A DNA stretch of 64,000 nucleotides from a virus (Duplodnaviria; Caudoviricetes): positions 32,001 through 96,000 of IMG/VR virus record IMGVR_UViG_2930337131_000001. One strand, 5' to 3'. This document shows, piece after piece, positions 37,501 to 42,934 of the stretch (positions within the stretch are counted from its first letter, which is position 1; every line of letters begins with the position of its first letter). Below the pieces are notes generated by a model. It saw nothing but the letters and a program-made list of their open reading frames with translations, had not been told where the DNA came from and ran no database searches. The translations under genes were made by a program, and so were the position numbers.

Positions 37501-37560
37501 GACTGGTACCAGGACGACGACATGCGCGCGTTCCTCCTGGGCCTGCTCGCCACGCGATAG
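25582..37560 (+). CDS. Giant (~3990 aa) multidomain putative virion-internal protein
   Basis: Uninterrupted ORF in the head module; N-terminal LEVKAARRWNPALHPRDSKGRF; repeated small domains and acidic linkers. Confidence 0.85.
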   Translation: MLNRPAAAHAELQDLSDGLEVKAARRWNPALHPRDSKGRFIETGGIVRLWGGDLARVMRALPNDRILVQDQTGPNEFNGRRHTTSAKWVSMVARPDGSAPTDNEHKVEAEDEKRDKDARRGNGVVHDDAGDPDTPNDAHPVDDRGRPIGEDDHPVGPRENDDQDEPEHGRHPVNVRALPNEPTSGGSRFQDTAAVRQHFLDLADRPDTRPEMAQFLRSVATDDDLRIAGDLAVLRDDSTGRWYLTATGTGQRMDLAGDFATPDEASEFARHLRTTAPTKGAAIRAFARGFDFSNPDLDAEARTWRSDRDENIATAIKRARGEFDASRPNPDTAHAPHPDAGTPETVSRDQLQPGDRVRVTVGRGDIEWPDSTRGQDKPETVTVEGTVAPTYRPGPGTQGAPLVDVTLTRPDGVVMASNDSAHVRRMPSQADRLGHTDGHAPEERRADHVRVGDVISRGNFGHVVTRINRHQGGRTFTTRNLGGRGEVDQFGTRPDAMLSVVPRGSRRPEDVLRDVPSHTQQHPNSTDARGAARMIVRDWGRVNELAGQQWPDGAPDEFRTLAQHMQNVTEDPKGPEGYQQNADAMRGALDVLHGLDSDNVSQDMARSLHRLEEGLDYNADRFEADARAIQARRAAAAANAPDANAPETNAPASPEPAGEPLQHDWSPDNLVTLTMPEALADFLNVDETAAMEDPDTRKALTEAVRGRNGTLKVTAPIETHRALLEWAWTLAGGEGLDSDPKEVRAHRNYTKRVDEAAAKLEEARAAKPDGDAPDANVPTPDAGGSTPDAPSANAPDAGQGTPDAGTPDTVTMSPDEVNAPAAAAHGAKAPSSMDDGEIRDEIVSLMEREMANGGELSGVDRTRLQVLEAEEARRAGRAPKREDKPKPKPAEEPGGLFDVAPDEQQRFVADPNNPDDLADDPLGTPDMFADHEGRDTSRLRPPQSRKPADFKPGDRFVDTDGRTHTVRDEPIRTPRGRIRVVDEDGGEHFLAPDKELRVLHEDETAPEVPETNTPEANAPEGDAPSSDAPDTNTPGADAADTPDANAPEGDTPGTPDDSVAPPAPIGEASPASMSDEDIDAELEALQAWQNRHVSSSGEGPRVQGSRMLALSPVGSRRGDLWQEQRNRETARKDKERKEKEKQDRAAALARAEIGNRSADGSYPVAVDGDDAGSVSQTARKWQYTDAEGRRSPDFYPSRAQAVAALVQSRDVRRNNDAEHARQDQARTQTPNGWTLGDRADVAENDIIRIPRMGRDRDGRPYPEGWGQPVRVTGVEHQDDGTTIVRFSNPDGSHAWGSPLFLRGPDDTFAWANDRTRPEPTPAWRHELRPRMADIGDDVATLLNHADGIDDQDQERMRRLGELIRRVEDGDTEDLQADLRKIRDEAAWLEEQFSREDLPFETRRYKSWAVAAHGKAQRALDHPDFQHGSTTDAPTAPDANAPEGGVPGTPSTGPELPDEFAAVRQRYGGDMVPASEIQRGDWVHTVSRDPVYNEPMHMVGRVVDVTPVLSNGQVRIEVEAHVKLNGKDTVRTEFAMIPATDLAERLPEGNPGREDSSDLARRIEGDFERHHASKVPVPEGWQAVDGSQIQPRPGDRYRIVARRGGGSGPHAGKEHMNVTVERPAEREGYWRVKGQPLSFRPSDIVAIPDDAGAQHRDDAPDANLPNADAPNADAPNVDDRATRARDLFGEGMNAVGGDSLPEMQELNDRLGRADSADDRDAELGDIADRMDELADQYGLAGPQGELAADRFRRAARAARGEQDDRDNHGGDDHSNAHADGDRSTDGASNDGQNDGSSNDTTDGGTPDGEDRGQQRDDQTAPAGDSADEPNQDDNQGEPNPDDTQTPGDDQGQPDNEDEQRQDDQDNGRQRNDTNPDGAAPDGAPDGGGAGAPDSSDDSNNSNDDNGDGPDHANDEEDAPNPDEENQDDEERRRKRRRRRNNRGGGTGGPGGGGPGGPGLPHLSLPDLNVPAGTGGGGDGGDGSHGDGHHPRTPHSPRPHDVDSLRNAWRSGEGLTAGEDTPERRAHLAALADREGLALSPQGGIALYPEQQDDGTTVWRFAQARNGSNLPGITLTTDDPEEARALAGRFEEITDANGDPFDWHQPQGPASVAAWRDGEGRTLPQAIRAVQDDYQQERAGAFNLPEDLTGMDDADLEAAMRQGLGPEDELRVMAEMDRRDGYVDERVRAAAQATPPANADEAEREGRAMDEALRFGDTDVTQPAPATPGRLRREFDALDEERFQAAMQATGGRMLSPEAEAQGIDPRALFSGGKYSNKQAKALASPELKHWFDGDDTTPGNGRLTYPQYRAREADRALRAEFADWDEARYRQAVDFTNGYFFRREYKFGGTDFNERELFSGGSLSARDRWRQYASDELQEWYDLNGGRQTFAQFREARRANDRAERHQHEEEELQRAAGGTPEGGAPDGVAPLTDDDVTPAPPFNAATPESEADAAFRFGGRDRMQEFADRAEVRPDGATSEGVWLDGRQIGTIRSVNGGNGDGEPVWDASPFYGLDHSANSRSQSRDTAIANLVARALQNGPADSSNPNEDMWDSVTLHLAGLTHPLPELPESLRNDPEARARYDRLSSMVDSFRDQQSPTGDLRQDLTQARDDFAWLHDALEGRARTQQQREELSDLKTRTFWADRLQQGLGEPDSGPERPHAPGEPQGDGDAPAPAAPTPEPVNAPDDTVDPSATPEPTPEPDPDPISGQPAHWARVGDLQQGDMVRMNGTTRRGRPVQRAGYVQTTPQLVDVTRRGRTDQMWRTWVTENPDGTGAAGNVYTSANATAARAEAPDNVVPGSPVSGAQASLRSGDLPDQIPADRDGNGLFPGSTVRGTDDREGTVTGAAPTTVSVHWSDGNDDDALPATTLTVTNGQRPDGWTADGHRVTTQNIVSDSDGALLGPVDDVDGDNVTVHTADGTITRSAGDLRVTGQVRDDEPATAPVTGIDEPAAADLKDGDVVVLDLDGQLSTVAITSPPHRDGDRVTLQYADTTTGEMGEIDVDARAVLPRAQGPDGGAPDLGPDNAPEPADDLTVHPTPRTVDPVTGPTVDPELDSSDRNVIGDHADGPDTDPDAHQAAVRITSDLPVTPEQAQALATQLRSAADPSTPEGRAALRAADHLDRAAGRTPPAGLDRPRASNAAQIGEGDLVAMPDERHGNEVRVFRVIDAEDGPGGVRSFLLEDENQQWRRRVVHGAMPVWQLPEAEPEPVNPPDVDDTDGAPDPAGDPGFGIPGGPMRRAGDGPAAPAAPTTTAAPDDSSTPDSPSTPDEPTAPVAQVRPGSLRRGDVIDAPVSRTGYQFNGHRRLTIISEPQRNGWWMQLTGVDEDGNVHDFGLHNGRAVNVYDRNRPTPALPPAGTPRDPNQVPQTDLNQLVTDHGRAHAARIIDEAIAGTEPPGDIHALREGIAQRLTPDALANARQATRQDGIAALDAAGITGRDRASAQRRLRTTRNRAHDDTVRAALRTINDLEPLDGESNEDLAARARDLLRLIPDQVAGRPDADPDADPDVTRAVTGHADAAVNALLQQLQAAGVDPGDAERIARILTQQMAGSRQATARRIARRVAAANPDAGQQSGLLARIVAALVRLAKRFGELVKQGARAIAEKYRDTRDRLARLRAFLGRMVRRVRQWPESRRLARLHRAVNLPAADGESLAARISHWAGLMPEPGRFGQAQRRLTFWRPTTWARLASGRLPDRSDRIQWTPDRAADGGPGLTGLRHMAALRMAGQDVDTDVTRRLSAALGDDFGDDPHATLQHADDYVAASERRLVNLQAARSSATIPDDPDLDIEITAARSELAAARREYSDLRDRYAAAVPDAVAASLADIRDMGPEGNSAIVFGPDTDPDAERAVRGVQRLIPRSWLNTPEARRLTAVDGTQGRYEPEGQRVTVADLADEGLGTAGFALGQHFAGHLGDLDAAQRAFQFSRTHTGRPGARRMQRSPWDRLRRRQQTQPETGDTLARSIQAMFSGDWYQDDDMRAFLLGLLATR

Positions 37561-37568
37561 GAGGCAGC

Positions 37569-37838
37569 GTGTTCACCGTCACCGGCGCATTCGATGACGG
37601 TGCGACCTACACCGTGCAGATCACCGGGCGGGCAGACCGCCCGGTGATCGGGTCGCACCGGGCCGCGGCCCTCGTGGAGCTCCACCTGGGCGAGAAGGTC
37701 CTCCTGTCCCCGACCGGCCCCCTGGCGGCCGTTGCCGGGGACGACGGGGCGTCTGTGCTCGCAGTGCTGCGCGAGCACACCAACGTGATCGAGGAGAGCG
37801 GCCGCGTACCCCGGCAGGCGAGCGTGCCCGGGAGCTGA
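37569..37838 (+). CDS. Small partner protein of the giant ORF
   Basis: AGGAGG RBS overlapping the giant ORF stop; SPTGP motif. Confidence 0.7.
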   Translation: MFTVTGAFDDGATYTVQITGRADRPVIGSHRAAALVELHLGEKVLLSPTGPLAAVAGDDGASVLAVLREHTNVIEESGRVPRQASVPGS

Positions 37839-37847
37839 TCCCGGGCG

Positions 37848-37875
37848 CTTGCCCAATTGGGCAAGAATGATCTTG
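37848..37875 (+). repeat. 28-bp double-palindrome element, copy 2
   Basis: CTTGCCCAATTGGGCAAG-AATGATCTTG. Confidence 0.85.
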
Positions 37876-37897
37876 GTCAGGGGTGCGGCGGGGTGGC

Positions 37898-37928
37898 GGC
37901 GACACAAGCCGCTCCGCTCGCTCATCCT
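37898..37928 (+). promoter_or_regulatory. Late-promoter motif 3 (leaderless)
   Basis: GGCGACACAAGCC-N12-CATCCT-N7-GTG. Confidence 0.65.
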
Positions 37929-37935
37929 CCGCCCC

Positions 37936-38574
37936 GTGACCAGATACGGATTCGCCATCAAGGCTCTCCCCAAGGGCGCCAAGCCTTTCGGGCAGGAAGA
38001 CGACGAGAACGAGGAGACCCCGGGGCTCGAGACATCCAGCCCCGGCGCCTCCGACAGCGACACCTCCCTGGACCCTGCGGACGAGCTGCCCGAGGATCCG
38101 ACAGCGGCCCCGGCCGCACCCGCCGAGGACCCCACCGCACCCCCGGAGGACCCTTCAGCCTCCCCGGCCGGGGACGCTCCACCGGAGGGAGACGGCACCG
38201 GCCAGGAGCCGGCGGACGCCCCGCCGCAGCCCGAAGACGACTCCCGCCCCTGGGCCGGAGACGAGTACAACGAGGGCGACGAGACCGACCCCAACGGCCC
38301 CCAGTCGTGGTCTGCGTTCACCGGCAGCAACGGGGAACAGGCTTGGCTCGACAAAGCCCAGGACGGCACACTGACCGGATGGGTGCGGGACTCCAGCGGC
38401 CAGGTGTGGCGCTACACCGACCCCGACGCGTGGGCGCTCGACGTCGACGGCGCCCAGATGACGCAGACGCACCACAACGGCGAGGACAACGCCCAGGCGG
38501 CCGGGGACGGCACGCAGGGCGGACAGGCCCCGGACGACCGGGGCAAGCAAGACCTGATGTTCGCGGGCCAGTGA
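37936..38574 (+). CDS. Acidic, Pro-rich hypothetical head-module protein
   Basis: GTG 37936 in frame; Trp-rich C-terminal beta domain. Confidence 0.7.
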   Translation: MTRYGFAIKALPKGAKPFGQEDDENEETPGLETSSPGASDSDTSLDPADELPEDPTAAPAAPAEDPTAPPEDPSASPAGDAPPEGDGTGQEPADAPPQPEDDSRPWAGDEYNEGDETDPNGPQSWSAFTGSNGEQAWLDKAQDGTLTGWVRDSSGQVWRYTDPDAWALDVDGAQMTQTHHNGEDNAQAAGDGTQGGQAPDDRGKQDLMFAGQ

Positions 38575-38586
38575 GGAGAGTCGAGA

Positions 38587-38802
38587 GTGCAGCTCAACCG
38601 GCAGGCGTTCCAGGACCTGCTCAACGAGGGCAAGGCCGCGTACGCGGCGGGAGACCCCTCCGACTCGTGCCCGTACAACATGTACGGCGCCGACGTGGAG
38701 GAGCGGTTCGGATACCGCTACTGGACCCGCGGTTGGGTCATGGCCCGGTCTGAGGCCGAGGCCCAGGCCGCCCAGCCTGTAGGAGCCAGCGCAGGACAGT
38801 AA
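38587..38802 (+). CDS. Rmf/CrpP-fold-like small protein
   Basis: EGKAAYAAG....CPY......YWTRGW..A pattern. Confidence 0.55.
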   Translation: MQLNRQAFQDLLNEGKAAYAAGDPSDSCPYNMYGADVEERFGYRYWTRGWVMARSEAEAQAAQPVGASAGQ

Positions 38803-38822
38803 GGCACTCCACTCGGCACGGT
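38793..38822 (+). promoter_or_regulatory. Degenerate late-promoter motif 4
   Basis: AGGACAGTAAGG-N12-CACGGT. Confidence 0.4.
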
Positions 38823-38861
38823 GCCCGGCGGCCCACTGTCCACCGCCGGAGGTTCCCCGCC

Positions 38862-41063
38862 GTGCCGAGCGCTGCTCCACCCACCAGATCCACCCGTCCC
38901 AGCACCACCCAGCGAGGCACCAGCCGGGCAATCTACGCCGTGACGGGCGTGGTCGACGAGGTCGAGGACCTCATCCTGCCTGGTGCTTTCACCCGCACCC
39001 TGGCTTCACGGCCCGTCAAGTCCGTGTGGCATCACGGGTGGAAGGACCCTGTCGGCGTCGTCCTCGAGTGCGAGGAGTGGATGCCCGGGGACGTCCGATT
39101 CAAGAGCATCCCCGACTGGCCGCCCGAGGCCGGCGCGCTCGTCGCCACCGTGCTCTACAACCTGCGCACACAGCAGGGCCGCGACGCCTACGAGCAGGTC
39201 AAACAGTGGCATGAGCACAAGCAGGCCGCGTTCTCCATCGGCTTCCGCGTCCCCGAGTGGGGCGCCACCATGCGCAACAAGACCCGCATCATTCACGACA
39301 TGGACCTGTTCGAGGTCTCGCCCGTGCTGCACGGAGCGCACCCGATGACCCGCAGCCTCGAGGTGAAGTCCGCCGCCGGCAGCGGGCACGACGGGCTCGA
39401 GTACAAGTCCACGCCCGGCACCGCGGAGATCGACGTCGTCGCCCCGAAGGACGACACCGCCATCAAGGTCGCCGGCCTGGTCGTCAAGGCCGCCGACACC
39501 GGCCGCGTCCTGATGATCCAGCGCGCGCTCGACGACGAGGACCCGGCCGCGGGTACGTGGGAGTTCCCCGGCGGGCATGGAGAGGACGACGAGGACCCGC
39601 TGCAGACCGCGATCCGCGAGTGGGGTGAGGAGACCGGCTCGACGCTCCCCGGCACCGCCAGCGTCGTCGGATCCTGGACGGCCCCGAACGGCATCTACCG
39701 GCTCTACGTGGCCGTGGTCCCGACCGAGGCGTCCGTGCCGATCAACACTCCGCACGACGAACGCCGGATCGCCAACCCGGACGACCCGGACGGCGACGCA
39801 ACCGAGGTCACCGCCTGGTGGCCGATCACGGCCCTACCCGACATGCCGCTCCTGCGGCAGGAGTGCCGCGAAACCCCGTGGGACCTCCTGGCCGGCGCCG
39901 CCCTGCCGAAGCCCTCCGGGCCGAGCCTCGACCCCGTGAAGGTCGCGGCCGGGACCGTCGCCGCCCAAGACTTCGCCGACGGCGTGCTGTCCCGCTACCG
40001 GGCCCTGGCCGCCGCCGAGAAGAAGTCCGCGCACGCCGCGGTGCAGGGCGCTCGTACGCGGCCGCACCTCGAGCACAAGTCCGCCCGGGTCATCGTCTCC
40101 GAGGCCAAGGCCGCCGGCGGCGCGGACCAGAACCGCGGGGACGCCGAGCAGTTGCGGCACTGGTACGTCCGCGGTGAGGGCGCAGCTCAAATCGGCTGGG
40201 GCACTCCCGGCGACTTCGACCGCTGCGTGTCCATCGCCGGACGCCACATGAGCCCGGAGAACGCCAAGGGTTACTGCAATCTCCGCCACAAGGACGCCCT
40301 GGGCATCTACCCCGCCACCCACGCGGCCGAGAGCAAGAGCGCTCGCCGCGCGGTCCTCGAAGCCAAAGCACTCAGCGCCAGCACTGGAGACCCCATGGAC
40401 CCGATCCAGCCCCTGCCCCAGTCGTTCGAGCAGATTCGCGACCGCCTCGGCCAGGCCGTCCGCGTGCTGCTCGCTCCCGATGACGACACCTGGGCGTGCA
40501 TCCACGGCACCTACCCGGACCACGTCATCGCCTCGGTGCACTCCGGCGAAGAGGGAGAGGAGCACTACCTGGTGCCGTACACCCTCGACGGCGACGACGT
40601 GACCCTGGGCACGCCGAAGCCGGTCACGCTGGCCACCGTCGTCGTCTCCGACGAGGACGACGACGAGCCGCGCGAGGCCGACGAGGACGAGGAGGCCGAA
40701 GCCCGCGTCGTCCAGCCCACGGTCGACGCACTCAGCGACGCGACCGCGCGGATCAGCACCACCACCGCGGGCCCGAAGCAGCTCCAGGGAGTCCGAGACA
40801 AGGTCCGCGACCTGATCGCCGCCCTGTCGGCGAAGGGACTCGACGTCGCCGACGCACAGCCCGCGCGCCGGATGGGGCTGGACCTGTGGGAGGAGGACGA
40901 CGAAGAGACGCCCGACGACACCGGGGACGGCGAGCCCGAGGGCGACCCCGCGGGCGACGACCCGGACGGCGACCAGGACGACCCGACCCTCAAGTCGGAC
41001 GACGACACCGTCCGCCTGGACCCCGAAGAAGTGAAGGCCGCACTCGCCGCACTGCGGAGCTGA
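38862..41063 (+). CDS. HK97-type prohead protease fused to NUDIX and further domains
   Basis: DEVEDLILPGAF, WHH..DPVG, FSIGF, LFEVSPVLHGA; NUDIX box GGHGEDDEDPLQTAIREWGEETG; later WGTPGDFDRC domain. Confidence 0.88.
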   Translation: MPSAAPPTRSTRPSTTQRGTSRAIYAVTGVVDEVEDLILPGAFTRTLASRPVKSVWHHGWKDPVGVVLECEEWMPGDVRFKSIPDWPPEAGALVATVLYNLRTQQGRDAYEQVKQWHEHKQAAFSIGFRVPEWGATMRNKTRIIHDMDLFEVSPVLHGAHPMTRSLEVKSAAGSGHDGLEYKSTPGTAEIDVVAPKDDTAIKVAGLVVKAADTGRVLMIQRALDDEDPAAGTWEFPGGHGEDDEDPLQTAIREWGEETGSTLPGTASVVGSWTAPNGIYRLYVAVVPTEASVPINTPHDERRIANPDDPDGDATEVTAWWPITALPDMPLLRQECRETPWDLLAGAALPKPSGPSLDPVKVAAGTVAAQDFADGVLSRYRALAAAEKKSAHAAVQGARTRPHLEHKSARVIVSEAKAAGGADQNRGDAEQLRHWYVRGEGAAQIGWGTPGDFDRCVSIAGRHMSPENAKGYCNLRHKDALGIYPATHAAESKSARRAVLEAKALSASTGDPMDPIQPLPQSFEQIRDRLGQAVRVLLAPDDDTWACIHGTYPDHVIASVHSGEEGEEHYLVPYTLDGDDVTLGTPKPVTLATVVVSDEDDDEPREADEDEEAEARVVQPTVDALSDATARISTTTAGPKQLQGVRDKVRDLIAALSAKGLDVADAQPARRMGLDLWEEDDEETPDDTGDGEPEGDPAGDDPDGDQDDPTLKSDDDTVRLDPEEVKAALAALRS

Positions 41064-41138
41064 GTTGCACCCCCGCGACCACTCCACCCCGCCGGCCCCG
41101 CTCTACCGCAGTTAACAAAACCGCAGGTCAAACCCCAT

Positions 41139-41174
41139 GCGCTGCCCGCTCTTGACGTCTCGAGCGGGCAGCGC
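41139..41174 (+). terminator. 13-bp stem hairpin between the protease and capsid genes
   Basis: GCGCTGCCCGCTC-N10-GAGCGGGCAGCGC. Confidence 0.55.
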
Positions 41175-41201
41175 GCGACGTTAACCCCCCTCTCCCACTT
41201 T
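41174..41201 (+). promoter_or_regulatory. Late-promoter motif 5 (capsid)
   Basis: CGCGACGTTAACC; nearest CAnnnT (CACTTT) is at 9 rather than 12 nt. Confidence 0.55.
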
Positions 41202-41288
41202 CATCCCGCCTCGCGTTGAGGCGTCCCGGTGCTGGCCGGGCGAACGGCGCACGTCAACCGCCACCCCAGCATCAGGGAGAGCCCCGCA

Positions 41289-42581
41289 ATGCCCACCAGC
41301 CGTATCCAGGAGCTGCAGAAGGCGCTCGAGCTCAAGAGCAACGAGGCCGAGCGCATCAGCCAGAGTTTCAAGGTCGAGGACGGCGGTCAGTTCGTCGTCT
41401 CCAGCGAGCAGGCGAAGGCCTTCAAGAAGGTCTCCGGCGAGGCGCAGGAGATCAAGGCGCTCATCGACGCCGAGCAGGGCCTGACCGAGATCAAGCAGTA
41501 CCTCGACGCCCCGGACGCCCCGCCGGCCGCGGCCGCGCACTACGCCCAGCGTCACATGGGCGTCGAGGAGAAGTCCCTCGGCGACCTGTTCGTCGAGTCC
41601 AGCTCCTTCCAGCGCGCCACGCAGGCCGAGTTCCGTGACAAGCCGTACATCCGCGCCGACATCGAGGGAAAGAGCATCTTCTCCCTGTCGGCCGGCACCG
41701 TGACCCACCAGGTCCTCGGCTCCGCGCAGAACCTCGGCATCGCCGAGCGCCCGTTCCGCAAGTTCCACATCCGCGACCTCTTCCCGAAGTCGACGACCAA
41801 GAACCCGGTCCTGTACGGCGCACGTGAGACCGGCTGGACCAACTCCGCCCGCCAGGTCAAGGAGCGGTACGCCGCGGACGGCGTCTCGCCGGCCACCGGG
41901 GCGGACACCGACACCTGGGGTCGGGCCCCGCGGTCCAAGCTGACCCTGACGCCGGTGATGTACCCGGTCGCAGAGGTCGCCCACCTCCTGGACGCGCACA
42001 AGAACATCCTGTCCGACGAGCCACGCCTGAAGACCTTCATCAACACGCGCATGGTCGAGGGCGTCAAGTACGCGGAGGACTGGGACCTCCTGCACTCCGT
42101 CGGCGACGGCCAGTCCCTCACCGGCATCTACAACACCCCCGGCGTCCAGCAGTACACGGGCCTCGCGGCCGACCAGTACTCCGTCCAGATCCGCCGCGCC
42201 ATCACCAAGGCGCTGCTGGCCGAGTACGACCCGACCGGCATCGTCCTGTCGCCCACGATGTGGGAGCACGTCGAGGTCGAGGAGGACAAGAACGGCGCCT
42301 TCCGCGTCGCCATCGCCGTCGCCATCGGCGCCGAAAAGAAGGTCTGGAGGCTGAACGTCGTCGAGACGACCGCGATGGCCGACACCGACTTCCTGATCGG
42401 CGCCTTCGGCCTCGGCGCGCAGCTCCACGACCGCGAGAACGTCTCCGTGACCGTCTCCTCGGAGAACGCGGACAACTACGAGAAGGGCCTCATCACCTTC
42501 CGTGCCGACGAGCGCCTGGCGCTCGAGGTCCCCCGGCCGGAGAGCTTCGTCATCGGCACCTGGACCCAGCCGACCGGCTGA
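41289..42581 (+). CDS. HK97-fold major capsid protein with N-terminal coiled-coil (delta) domain
   Basis: IRDLFP, VAHLL..HKNILSDEPRL, LLHSVGDG, ITFRADERLALEVPRPESF. Confidence 0.92.
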   Translation: MPTSRIQELQKALELKSNEAERISQSFKVEDGGQFVVSSEQAKAFKKVSGEAQEIKALIDAEQGLTEIKQYLDAPDAPPAAAAHYAQRHMGVEEKSLGDLFVESSSFQRATQAEFRDKPYIRADIEGKSIFSLSAGTVTHQVLGSAQNLGIAERPFRKFHIRDLFPKSTTKNPVLYGARETGWTNSARQVKERYAADGVSPATGADTDTWGRAPRSKLTLTPVMYPVAEVAHLLDAHKNILSDEPRLKTFINTRMVEGVKYAEDWDLLHSVGDGQSLTGIYNTPGVQQYTGLAADQYSVQIRRAITKALLAEYDPTGIVLSPTMWEHVEVEEDKNGAFRVAIAVAIGAEKKVWRLNVVETTAMADTDFLIGAFGLGAQLHDRENVSVTVSSENADNYEKGLITFRADERLALEVPRPESFVIGTWTQPTG

Positions 42582-42594
42582 TCCACGCCGCAGT

Positions 42595-42628
42595 GAGGGG
42601 GTGCACCCGGGCACGGGTGCGCCCCCTC
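42595..42628 (+). terminator. Terminator after the capsid gene
   Basis: GAGGGGGTGCACCCG-GGCA-CGGGTGCGCCCCCTC. Confidence 0.7.
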
Positions 42629-42661
42629 CCCCGTACCACCACACGACGACGGAGGACCCTG

Positions 42662-42934
42662 GTGATCGAGAAGCAACTCACTGGACTCGCGGCAGACCTG
42701 GACGCACTCACCAGCGCCCCGGCCGCTCACCGGGGGCCGCGGTGCCATATCGGGCTCCTCCTGGAGGGCGCGGACGCCGACGTGGCCGAGTCGCTGCGCG
42801 CCGTCCTGGAGACCACCGTGTCCGCCACGGTCATTGCGGAAGCCCTCGGCCGGCACGGCAACCAGGTCACAGCCTGGACGGTCAACCGGCACCGCAGACG
42901 CGGAACCCCCAACGGATGCAGGTGCCCCCGATGA
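42662..42934 (+). CDS. Small HTH/Zn-binding protein
   Basis: GGAGG RBS; PRC...IAEAL..HG...TVNRHRR....CRC. Confidence 0.65.
   Translation: MIEKQLTGLAADLDALTSAPAAHRGPRCHIGLLLEGADADVAESLRAVLETTVSATVIAEALGRHGNQVTAWTVNRHRRRGTPNGCRCPR

Noticed and set aside
25582-37560. Intein/Hint domains, or helicase/methylase (DarB-like) domains, in the giant protein
   Set aside because: xLxxGD motifs lack the intein N-terminal C and C-terminal HN signatures; no Walker, DExx or NPPY/F motifs seen
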